Source of the DNA: Candidatus Altimarinota bacterium
GTDB taxonomy: Bacteria > Patescibacteriota > Gracilibacteria > CAIRYL01
DNA length: 64,000 nucleotides
Direction: 5' to 3'
Assembly (NCBI GenBank): GCA_965250085.1
Contig: OZ252287.1
Coordinates: 992,001 to 1,056,000 of the forward strand
Shown: one piece after another, positions 51,827 through 60,900 of the stretch
Numbering within the stretch: the stretch's first letter is position 1
How the letters are laid out: each line of letters opens with the position of its first letter
Program-made: the position numbers and the translations under genes
The notes under the pieces: generated by a model
Database searches by the model: none
The model's input: only the letters and a program-made list of their open reading frames with translations
What the model was told of the DNA's origin: nothing

Positions 51827-52861
51827 CTACCAAATCAACATAGCATCACCAAAGGAATAAAATCGATATTTTCCTTTTATCGCTTCCTGATATAGCTTTT
51901 GTGCTTTTTGCACTCCACTTGTCCCTTCAGGATCCAAGAATGCAGCTACGAGCATAATGAGTGTGCTTTTGGGAAGATGAAAATTAGTGAGTAAATGATC
52001 AACAAAGTGAAACTTTGCGGGAGGAGAAAGAAAGAGGTTGGTCTTTTTGGTCTGCGCTGTCAGAGATTGATTGCTATCAATTCCTAAACATGATTCCAGT
52101 GTTCTGAGTGAAGTTGATCCCACGGCGGTAATTTTTTTCCCTGCCTTTTTTGCAATATTCAGTCGCTCCGCTACTTGATCATTCAGTTCCAAATATTCTG
52201 AGTGCATATGATGATCTTCTACATTTTCTGTTTTTACGGGGAGAAATGTTCCCGGGCCCACGTGCAGGGTGACAAATTCAATCTGAACTCCTTTCTTTTT
52301 CAGTTTCTTCAATATGTTTTGAGTAAAATGAAAACCTGCAGTGGGAGCAGCAACAGATCCTTTTTTTTTCGCATATACAGTTTGGTATTGCTCAGACGCT
52401 TTCAGCTTTTTCTGAATATAGGGAGGAGTTGGCATTTTACCGTATTTTTTGAGAAAGGTATCAAAATCAAGAGTTGAGAAAGCAATGTGCCGCCTTCCGT
52501 CCTCTTTCACTTTTTTTACAATTGCTGTTGTATGATCATCGAACTTGAGAATTCGATCAGGAGTAAAAAACTTTCCTCCTCGAACCATGCATTCCCATGT
52601 GTTTTCTGATGTGTTCTGAATTTGCTTTATAAGAAGAATCTCTTTTTTCCCGAAGGCAATCCGTGCTGGAATCACACGACTGTCATTCATGACCAATACA
52701 TCATTCGGTCCAAAAACATCTAGAATGTCAGTAAATTTTTTATGTTCAATACTTTGTCTTTTTCGATCATAAAAAAACAATCGAGAACTTGATCTGTCTT
52801 TACACGGTTTTTGAGCAATGTGTTCAGAAGGGAGATCAAAATCAAATTCACTGAGCTTCAT
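51827..52861 (-). CDS. queA: S-adenosylmethionine:tRNA ribosyltransferase-isomerase
   Basis: FDFDLP..IAQ, PPYI, YQTVYA, AAPTAGFHF, TNFHLPKST, YRFYSFGDAM. Confidence 0.97.
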   Translation of the reverse strand: MKLSEFDFDLPSEHIAQKPCKDRSSSRLFFYDRKRQSIEHKKFTDILDVFGPNDVLVMNDSRVIPARIAFGKKEILLIKQIQNTSENTWECMVRGGKFFTPDRILKFDDHTTAIVKKVKEDGRRHIAFSTLDFDTFLKKYGKMPTPPYIQKKLKASEQYQTVYAKKKGSVAAPTAGFHFTQNILKKLKKKGVQIEFVTLHVGPGTFLPVKTENVEDHHMHSEYLELNDQVAERLNIAKKAGKKITAVGSTSLRTLESCLGIDSNQSLTAQTKKTNLFLSPPAKFHFVDHLLTNFHLPKSTLIMLVAAFLDPEGTSGVQKAQKLYQEAIKGKYRFYSFGDAMLIW

Positions 52862-52871
52862 GTGTACTTGG

Positions 52872-53954
52872 TTATTCTACAGAGACTTTATCAAAGTCAT
52901 CGAGAACAGCAATCCATGTTTTGCCTTTTATAAAAGGCAAAACACCTCCCTCGGCATCAAAAAAGGTGAGATCATCAGATCGGGAGCTTTTTTGCCATGT
53001 TCCTGAAATCATCTGTCCATTTTGGAATGTCATAATTTTTCCACTCCCAGTATTTTTCATTCCCATGCGTCCTTTCGGATCATCTTCTATCTTCCACATG
53101 TCTGCTTCTAACACGATCAAGTTATGCACTTCAATCTCAAGTGGAGATCTGCTTTGGTTTCTTTCAAAGACCCCCTTGTCTTCATTCCATTGCCAAACAG
53201 CCCGATATGCAGGATACGAAAAATCAGTCATCACTTGAGAGATGGGAAGTCTACTCGGCGGAGCACTAAAAACAAATACATCGGAAGAAAGAGGTGCAAG
53301 ACCGTCAGTTTTTTCCTGAGAGAGTAGATGAGAAAAGACATTTTCAGTGCTGGTGAAGAGATTATGCGGTTTATTCAGATCAGTATTTCTCCAGAAAGTT
53401 TCGTCTCCAATGCGTTCATTATCGAGATCAAATATTTCGTTTTGACCAAAAAGTTCTGCCAGAACTTGGTCACTTCCCCCAGCGTGCGCCAGGATTCCAT
53501 GGAGTGGTCTTATAAAATCAAAAAAATATGGTCTTGTACTGCGCACTGGTCCGATAATAGAAATGTCTTGATATGACGAAAAGAGTGCTAAAAATCGAGT
53601 AACTCCACCTTCTGCGAGAGCTTCTATTACAACAGGAGCTTTGTCGAATCCAGTCTGTCCAGCGCGAGCAGGTGTAGCATTATCAATCATAACTCCAATG
53701 ACAAATTCATTGGTGTGTGAAGGGGCTGTGATGCTTGTTCCCGTCAGATGAGAAATAGCTTGTTCAGGAGGAGATACGGAGAAATCTGCCCGAAAGATAT
53801 TTTTGTCATCTTTGAAAGGAGTATCGGCAAGAGAGAGAAGAGATTTCCTCTGGGTCAATACTTCTTGTTCATAAGATCCCTGTTGATATTTCAGGAATAC
53901 AAATCCACCAATCGAGAGCAGGAGAAAACTGAGTATCAGCCAGATAAAACGCAT
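52872..53954 (-). CDS. DUF3048 family membrane-anchored protein
   Basis: VMIDN..AR.GQTG, EGGVTRF, IGPVRSTR, HAGGS, PHNLF. Confidence 0.85.
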   Translation of the reverse strand: MRFIWLILSFLLLSIGGFVFLKYQQGSYEQEVLTQRKSLLSLADTPFKDDKNIFRADFSVSPPEQAISHLTGTSITAPSHTNEFVIGVMIDNATPARAGQTGFDKAPVVIEALAEGGVTRFLALFSSYQDISIIGPVRSTRPYFFDFIRPLHGILAHAGGSDQVLAELFGQNEIFDLDNERIGDETFWRNTDLNKPHNLFTSTENVFSHLLSQEKTDGLAPLSSDVFVFSAPPSRLPISQVMTDFSYPAYRAVWQWNEDKGVFERNQSRSPLEIEVHNLIVLEADMWKIEDDPKGRMGMKNTGSGKIMTFQNGQMISGTWQKSSRSDDLTFFDAEGGVLPFIKGKTWIAVLDDFDKVSVE

Positions 53955-53981
53955 ACTGTACTTCTAAAGAAAATACAAAAA

Positions 53982-54662
53982 TTATTTTTCTTTCTTTTCC
54001 TCTGTTGCCTCTTCTTGTTTTTCTCCAGATTCGGCTCCTTCTTCGCCACTTGCTTCACCTTCCTCTCCTTCGCCCTCAATGTCTTCCTCTTCGTCTGGCT
54101 CTTCTTCTTCAAGTTTTGGAGCAGTAGCAGAAATTACCGTGTCACTTAGTTCATCAAGGACAGTTATACCTTCAGGAAGGGAAATGTCTTTGATACAAAT
54201 ATGATCGTGATACTCTGCGAGACTTGAAATATCAACTTCAATATCGTGTACCAGGTCTTTTGGAAGACACTTCACTGCCAGTTCTGATTTGGAAGTTACC
54301 AAAATAGCACTTTTTTCTTTCACTGCTGGAGCATTCCCTATAAATGTAAGAGGAATATGAGTCGTTACTTCTTGGTTCATATCCAAAGCGTAGAAATCCA
54401 CGTGCTGAAACTCTCCAGAAACTGGATGCAAATCATATGAATGTACCAGGACAGGAATATTTTTCCCCTCTATATCCAACTCGATAATGGTGGACTCTCC
54501 TGTCAAACGAAAAAGCTTCAAAAATACTTTGTAGTCTAAGAATAATTTTTCACTCTCTTGTATCCCAGGACCATATACCACAGCAGGAATACCACCATTC
54601 ATTCGGATAGATTTTGCATCTTGTTGGAGTGTTTTCTGTGCTGAAAGAGCAGGATTTGCCAT
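53982..54662 (-). CDS. rplY: 50S ribosomal protein L25/Ctc
   Basis: IPAVVYG, HPV..FQHVDF, acidic C-tail. Confidence 0.95.
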   Translation of the reverse strand: MANPALSAQKTLQQDAKSIRMNGGIPAVVYGPGIQESEKLFLDYKVFLKLFRLTGESTIIELDIEGKNIPVLVHSYDLHPVSGEFQHVDFYALDMNQEVTTHIPLTFIGNAPAVKEKSAILVTSKSELAVKCLPKDLVHDIEVDISSLAEYHDHICIKDISLPEGITVLDELSDTVISATAPKLEEEEPDEEEDIEGEGEEGEASGEEGAESGEKQEEATEEKKEK

Positions 54663-54711
54663 AGCTCAAGAAGATAAGAATTATATGCTTTCAGAGAAGA
54701 TTTTTTTGGAG

Positions 54712-54755
54712 TGGCTTGCCACGAGCGATCCTGAGCCTGTTGAAAAGGAGTCGAA
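54712..54755 (-). repeat. Palindromic element at the tRNA-Leu 3' end
   Basis: TTCGACTCCTTTTCAACAGGCTCAGGATCGCTCGTGG directly after CCA, homologous to the tRNA-Glu 3' flank. Confidence 0.7.
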
Positions 54756-54842
54756 TGGTGCCGAGAGTGGGACTCGAACCCACACTCCCCGAGAGGAACG
54801 AGATTTTGAGTCTCGCGCGTCTACCAGTTTCGCCACCTCGGC
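54756..54842 (-). tRNA. tRNA-Leu (CAA)
   Basis: GCCGAGGTGGCGAAACTGGTAGACGCG-CGAGA CTCAAAA TCTCG, long variable arm, GGTTCGAGTCCC...ACCA. Confidence 0.95.
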
Positions 54843-54987
54843 AGCGCAGTTTCAAAAAAGCCAAAGGATTCTATGTATTTTCCTGGGGTGAGTCAAGAAG
54901 TCTTTCTTCAAAAAGAGGGGTTCAACACATTGAATTTTTTCTTATTTTTTGGTATAATGGAGCGATGTTATAAGTTATAAAAAAATC

Positions 54988-55518
54988 ATGATTGCCACAT
55001 CATCAAAATCAGATATCGGTCAAAACAAGGACATAGCAGCATTTGCCTATGTATTGGTATTTGCCCCGGTTCTTTTGGTGACTCGACGAGACAGTGTGTT
55101 CATTCAACATCATGCGCTCCAGGCAACATACCTTGGTGTGCTTTTAGTTTTGTTTATACTCCTCCCCGGAAGGCTGAGCTATCTCAATATTCTTGTAGCA
55201 GCAGCGGCGCTTATGGGGTTTTTGGAGGCGCAAGCAGGCAATAAGTACAACATGCCCATTATTTCAGATCTCATTGCAAAAAATATTAATTTTCGAAGTG
55301 GATTTGGTGCTCTTAAAAGATTTTTTCTTTACCTCGGAAGTATTCTCAAGCGAGTATTTACAGAAGGTCCTGGTTTTGCCATACGAGGTACTGCGGAGGT
55401 CATTGAAAAAGCTCGTGGTATCGATGCACTCAAGATACATGGAGAAGTAGAAGACCTTAAAAAAACAGTTCAGCACTTGGAAGAAGAATTGAAGAATCTC
55501 AAAGGAAATCCAGAATAA
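54988..55518 (+). CDS. DUF4870/Tic20-like membrane protein
   Basis: NKDIAAFAY...FIQHHALQA...G..Y.MPII. Confidence 0.7.
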   Translation: MIATSSKSDIGQNKDIAAFAYVLVFAPVLLVTRRDSVFIQHHALQATYLGVLLVLFILLPGRLSYLNILVAAAALMGFLEAQAGNKYNMPIISDLIAKNINFRSGFGALKRFFLYLGSILKRVFTEGPGFAIRGTAEVIEKARGIDALKIHGEVEDLKKTVQHLEEELKNLKGNPE

Positions 55519-55567
55519 AAAGCTTTCATTATGATTCTTTTTAAATGGAGCAATGTAGAATCATTTT

Positions 55568-56947
55568 TTACGTGGCAAATTGATCCACAATTTTTTCCGC
55601 TATACCGGTATACGACATGGGAGTCAGTTTCATCAAGTTTTTTTTGGCATCTTCTGGAATTTCTAAACTTGTAACAAAGTCTTTGTATTTTTCTGGGGTC
55701 AGCTTTTTGCCACGGGTAAGTTCTTTGAGTTTTTCATAGGGTTTTTCAATATTATATTTTCGCATTACCGTTTGTGCTGCTTCAGCAAGCACCGCCCAAT
55801 TTTCTTCCAAGTCTGTCTTTATTTTTTGTGTATTAATTTCCAGTTTCCCCACCCCCTTTTCCAGGCTTTTGAATACAAGATATGTGTGACCAAATGCAAT
55901 ACCGATATTTCTCATCACAGTAGAATCTGAAAGATCACGTTGCCATCGACTAATGGGAAGCTTTTCAGCAAAGTGTCCAAAAAGAGCATTGGCGACTCCA
56001 GCATTGCCTTCCGCATTTTCAAAATCAATTGGGTTGACCTTGTGGGGCATCGTAGAGCTCCCCACCTCTCCTTTTTTGAGTTGTTGAGAGAAATATCCCA
56101 GAGAGATATATCCCCAGACATCACGTGCGAAGTCGATGCAAATTGCATTTACTCGCATCCAATTGTGACAGATCTCTGCTATAAAATCATGAGGCTCAAT
56201 CTGGTCTGTTACCCCCTGCCATGTGAGACCAAGAGATTCCACAAACTTTTGAGAAAGTTTCATCCACTCAACCTTGGGATAGGCGACAGCATGGGCGTTA
56301 AAGTTTCCCGTTGCTCCATTCATCTTCCCTAAGTATTCCTGATTTTTTATGTGCCCAATTTGTCTTTTGAGTCGCTGGGAAAAATTGAGCCAGACCTTTC
56401 CCATGGTTGTCGGAGACGCTGGTTGCCCATGAGTACGAGCCAACATGGCTGCAGATTTCCACTCTACACTTTTTTCTTCGAGAAATTTTTGTAAGTTCTC
56501 CAATGTCGATAAAAGTGACTCTCGCGTTTCATTTTGTACTGCATTTCGCATCATCAGCGCGTAGGACAAGTTATTAATATCTTCTGAAGTACAGGCAAAA
56601 TGAACCCATTCGCCGAGTTCTTCCAGTGATGTGCTCTGTAGTTTCTCCTTCAAAAAATATTCCACTGCTTTGACATCATGATTGGTGGTTTTTTCAATTT
56701 CCTTAATTCTCAGGGCATCGGGCTCGTCAAAATCGTTCTTTATTTTTTCTAAGAGTTTTTGTTCATCCTTTGTGAGACTTCGTACCTCAGAAATTTCCTT
56801 GCATTCGCTCAAAAACTTAAGCCACTCTACTTCTACTTCCACGCGATGCGCCATAAGACCTGCCTCTGAAAAAAAGTGCGCGAGATCTTCCACTGTGTTC
56901 CAGTATCGACCATCAAGAGGGGAGAGTGCGGTGAGCTCTGAGAGCAT
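55568..56947 (-). CDS. purB: Adenylosuccinate lyase
   Basis: LSPLDGRY, TNHDVKAVEY, RTHGQPA, GSSTMPHKVNPIDFENAEGN. Confidence 0.98.
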   Translation of the reverse strand: MLSELTALSPLDGRYWNTVEDLAHFFSEAGLMAHRVEVEVEWLKFLSECKEISEVRSLTKDEQKLLEKIKNDFDEPDALRIKEIEKTTNHDVKAVEYFLKEKLQSTSLEELGEWVHFACTSEDINNLSYALMMRNAVQNETRESLLSTLENLQKFLEEKSVEWKSAAMLARTHGQPASPTTMGKVWLNFSQRLKRQIGHIKNQEYLGKMNGATGNFNAHAVAYPKVEWMKLSQKFVESLGLTWQGVTDQIEPHDFIAEICHNWMRVNAICIDFARDVWGYISLGYFSQQLKKGEVGSSTMPHKVNPIDFENAEGNAGVANALFGHFAEKLPISRWQRDLSDSTVMRNIGIAFGHTYLVFKSLEKGVGKLEINTQKIKTDLEENWAVLAEAAQTVMRKYNIEKPYEKLKELTRGKKLTPEKYKDFVTSLEIPEDAKKNLMKLTPMSYTGIAEKIVDQFAT

Positions 56948-57013
56948 TTTCTTTTTGTAAAAGTACTATGATTATAGCGGAGGTGATTGGAAAGATCGAG
57001 AAATAGAATAAAA

Positions 57014-57097
57014 AAATCCCCCTTGTTCCCCCCTTTGTCAAAGGGGGGAATCAAATTTCTTCCCCCTCTTTACAAAAGAGGGGTTAGGGGAGATTTC
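57014..57097. repeat. Inverted pair of CCCCCTTT..AAAGGGGG palindromic repeats
   Basis: AAATCCCCCTTGTTCCCCCCTTTGTCAAAGGGGGGAA ... TTCCCCCTCTTTACAAAAGAGGGGTTAGGGGAGATTT. Confidence 0.75.
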
Positions 57098-57170
57098 TTT
57101 TCACTGCGGAGATAGAGAAATCTCATCTTGTATTCTTTCCTCAAAAACACTACAATCCACCAGCTTTTTT

Positions 57171-57236
57171 GTGGGAGTGTTTCGATAGACTCAGCACTAA
57201 AAACCTATTCGAGTTTGATCGACATGTTTGCACCAC
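57171..57236 (+). promoter_or_regulatory. Putative L1 autoregulatory mRNA leader
   Basis: GTGGGAG ... ACCAC bracketing just upstream of rplA, like known L1-binding leaders. Confidence 0.5.
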
Positions 57237-57255
57237 GATTTTTTATTTCTTTTGT

Positions 57256-57954
57256 ATGAAACACGGTAAAAAATATCGAGCAGCGCTCGAAAAAATTGGT
57301 GATCCAAATGTCGAACACGGCTTAGAGGACGCCATTACAATAGTTGCAGGAGCTACTACCACAAAATTTGATCCTACAGTAGAGATCCATATTACCACGG
57401 GCTGTGACCCCAAACAGGCGGATGAAGTGGTGCGCACCACTCTAATGCTTCCAAATGGAACGGGGAAATCACCAAAGGTCGCTGTTTTTGCTGAAGAGGC
57501 AAAACAAAAAGAAGCGAAGTCTGCTGGTGCGGATATCGTTGGTGGGGAAGAACTGATAGAAACTGTGGGCAAAGGAAAAATAGATTTTGAGCTCGCAGTG
57601 TGTACTCCGGACATGATGAAACATCTTGCCAAAGCAGCAAAAGTGTTAGGCCCTAAGGGCCTTATGCCATCACCAAAAAACGGAACGGTGACAGATGATG
57701 TCAAAAAAGCAGTAGAACAAATCAAAAAAGGTCGTGTAGAACTAAAAATGGATTCCGAAGGGAATATCCATTCTATTCTTGGAAAGGTTTCTTTTGGCAC
57801 TAAAAAACTCCTCGAAAATGCCAGAGCTCTTCTCAAGACTGCAAAAGAAAATAAGCCATCAGGAGTGAAAGGAAAATATATTAACACCCTTCACTTGTCC
57901 ACTTCTATGGGGCCAGGCATTAAGGTGGAGGTGCAGAGTGCTATGAGTGAGTAA
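57256..57954 (+). CDS. rplA: 50S ribosomal protein L1
   Basis: KHGKKYR, KFDPTVE, LPNGTGK, LGPKGLMPSPK.GTV, STSMGPGI. Confidence 0.97.
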   Translation: MKHGKKYRAALEKIGDPNVEHGLEDAITIVAGATTTKFDPTVEIHITTGCDPKQADEVVRTTLMLPNGTGKSPKVAVFAEEAKQKEAKSAGADIVGGEELIETVGKGKIDFELAVCTPDMMKHLAKAAKVLGPKGLMPSPKNGTVTDDVKKAVEQIKKGRVELKMDSEGNIHSILGKVSFGTKKLLENARALLKTAKENKPSGVKGKYINTLHLSTSMGPGIKVEVQSAMSE

Positions 57955-57955
57955 T

Positions 57956-60900
57956 CTACTCCTCATTTGCACCAGCGAACTCCTTGGATAATCCACGAAA
58001 AGCGATATCTGCATCGTGCAATATTGTTTCGTCAGCGATTCCATCGTTTATCAGATGAAACATCTGTTTTTGCGTTTGAAGATTTTTTCCATGAACTTCG
58101 TCATAGGTTCCCTGTTCAAAGAACATTTCATATGCGGTAGGAAGATCTTCTTTTTTTGCTCTTGCTGCATTACGTTCTTCTTCATAAGCTCCACCTTCAA
58201 CTTTCCGGATCCACCTTTTTTTCATTTTTTGTAAAAATTGTTCTGGATATTGGCTGATAAGGGAAAAATATTGCACGTCATGATGGGTGAAATGATCACT
58301 ATCAATTCGGTGAGCTCTGTCTTCCGCCTGATATTGTTCCACATAATCTTCAGGAAGATCATCAAACACTACTGCTTTTGCTGCCGTAAAGGTGACACCC
58401 ATCGAACCGGCGGAATATGTGGCTATAAGCAATCTGCAATCAGGGTCATTTTGAAATCGTATGCGCTCGTAATCCAAATGTGCCATGGGACGACCTTCAG
58501 TTCCAACGACAGGATGTCCATTGTCTCCTATCTTCCAGCTTCCATCATTATGAGTCTGAAATAGCTGCGGTTTGCCACGCGCATTACGGATCAAGTTTTT
58601 TTTACTCGTCATGCCGGTGTACTTTGCTGGGCGCAAATGGGCAAAGAGACGGGCATACTTCTCCGCTTGTGCTTCATATCTGCAGAACAGAAGGATTTTC
58701 CTCTTTTCCCGCCATGCATACTCTATAATGCGCGCAACTTCTGCATCTTTTGGTGTGTCGTCATGTGCTCCGATATAATCCATATTATTTATGCTTTGCC
58801 GCAATGCGTGTTTTTTTGCAAAAAGGCTTCCTGTATTCACCCCTCTCTTTCTGTTTTTTCGGAGACCATCTACCTTGTTCACTTCGTCATCTGGTATATA
58901 TTTTCCATATTTTTGGCACCATTGGTCCCAGTGTAAAAACATTTCATAGATAGATTCTGCCTGTTCATCCGTCATAACAAACTTTCCCGCTTCTTCTGAG
59001 GAAATATATGTTTTGAGAGGCAGACAGTTGTGTTGTTGAGAAAGAGGCTGGCTTGGATCAATGGTGCTAAGTACATCTTGTTTACGGAAGCGAATAACAT
59101 GCTGCTCCTTGAGAATGCTTAGGGCACGAAGAGCTTTGGGATCATGAAAAGGAAAGACTGCTTCAAAAGCAGTGTCACTCTGATATTCCTTCTTTTCGGG
59201 AAAAAGAGCATGCATCATTCGGCGGAATTCTGTCGGATTTTTGAAAGGGGTAGCTGTCATGAGAAGAGAAAATCGCCCCTGTAATTTTTTTGATCCTTGT
59301 GATTGTTTGCTGTCTGTATTTTTTCTACTATGGGCTTCATCGTAAATGATGACCCCATCTCCACTTCCAGACAGAAGTTCAAATCTTTCGGAATCTTCTA
59401 TCTGGCGAAGGAACTCAATATTCGTAATGGTCCGATCCGGTCTTTGAGAATGGCGTAGCAGTTTTTTTCTTGCTATGGATGATATATTATGCAGGATCAA
59501 CATCTGTGCGTCCTCAAAGAACTTATGATTTTCTTCCATCCAGGTGGTGACGACGCTGTTGGGAGAGATGATCACGTTTTCTTCATCTGCGGTGCTGGCA
59601 AGCGCAACGACTGTTTTGCCAAGCCCCGGTTCATTGGCCAGTATAATGCCGGGAACCGCTTCTTTGATTTTTTGCCGTATTTTTACAACACAGTATTTTT
59701 GGAAGAAATACAATTCTGTTCCTTCTTTGAGGGATGGAATTTTTGACGCTTGGATGGATCTAAAGTTGTTGAGCGCCCTTTTGAGAATCTTACGCACCAA
59801 TGGAGTCGCGGACTCTGCAATGAGTTGTGTGACGTATGCTTCACCTGCGGCAAATGAAGCGGCAAATTGTTTGATGAGAATTTGTTCTGTAAATTGTGCC
59901 AGGATTTCGGTTCTCTGCGGATCCTGCCTGAGATCATCCAATGCCTTTTGTGACATCTGATCGATCATAGCAATGAGCATTTTGACCTCATCGTGTATAG
60001 CGGTTTTGGTTATTTGGAGCAAGCTTTGTTCACTCCTGGTGTGGGACGTGATATCAATACCCATGACCTTGATATCGTTGAGCTTCCCGTGCCGCAAGGG
60101 TACTGTGACTTCAAATGTGCCATCATCTGTTACGTTGACTCTTCTGTTCCAGCATCCAGAAATGTAGATATGTGAAGCCTCCGGGGCATGGCCTGAGACG
60201 GTGACGGTGTTTTCTCCTGTCTGTTCCGGTATTCTGCTGAGTGAAGCTTCCGGCAGCAATAATTCATATTCTGACAGATACTTCTCTTCGCGGGATATGC
60301 CTCTTGGTCCACGAAACCCCCGAAAGCTTGTAATCACCAGCTGGTCTATCTCCTCCTCACTCAGCTCCGGATGCGCCATCTGTATGTACATTTTGAGCTT
60401 AAGTGGATCATGCTGCAAAGCCGCAATCGCATCCTCCAAAGCATACTCCGCTAGCTCTTCAGACTTCTGATCTTCTAGACTCTCTACATCATGCCCGGCA
60501 AGAGCCCTCCACTTTTTCAGTTGCTCAGCTTTACCATCAATCCCAAAAACTTTTCCTATTCGCCAAAGATATCCTGCCACACTAAGAGACTCTCCATTTG
60601 CCAGTTGAAACGGATTTCTTATATATGTAGATACCTTCCCTACATTTGCCTTCGCACAGGCTTCATAATCTTCCCGTGCATGCTCTCTGAAATACTCTTC
60701 GTCGGTTTCTCTATATTCTACAACCTCCGCTAGCTCTTTCCACATCTTGAATTGTTCCTTCCAAGAAGCAATCCCAAAAACTCTTCCGATTCTTCTTAAA
60801 TACGTATCGGGAGTAATAGACTCTCCATTTGCCAGTTGAAATAAATTTTTCCTAGATGTAACAACTTTCCCTCCATTTGCCTTCGCACAGGCTTCATAGT

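Noticed and set aside
54685-54973. ORFs overlapping tRNA-Leu
   Set aside because: They are translations of the tRNA antisense strand and the adjacent repeat
57243-57887. Long antisense ORFs (214 aa over rplA, 204 aa over purA, others over uvrA and leuS)
   Set aside because: Shadow frames of well-conserved genes with no motifs
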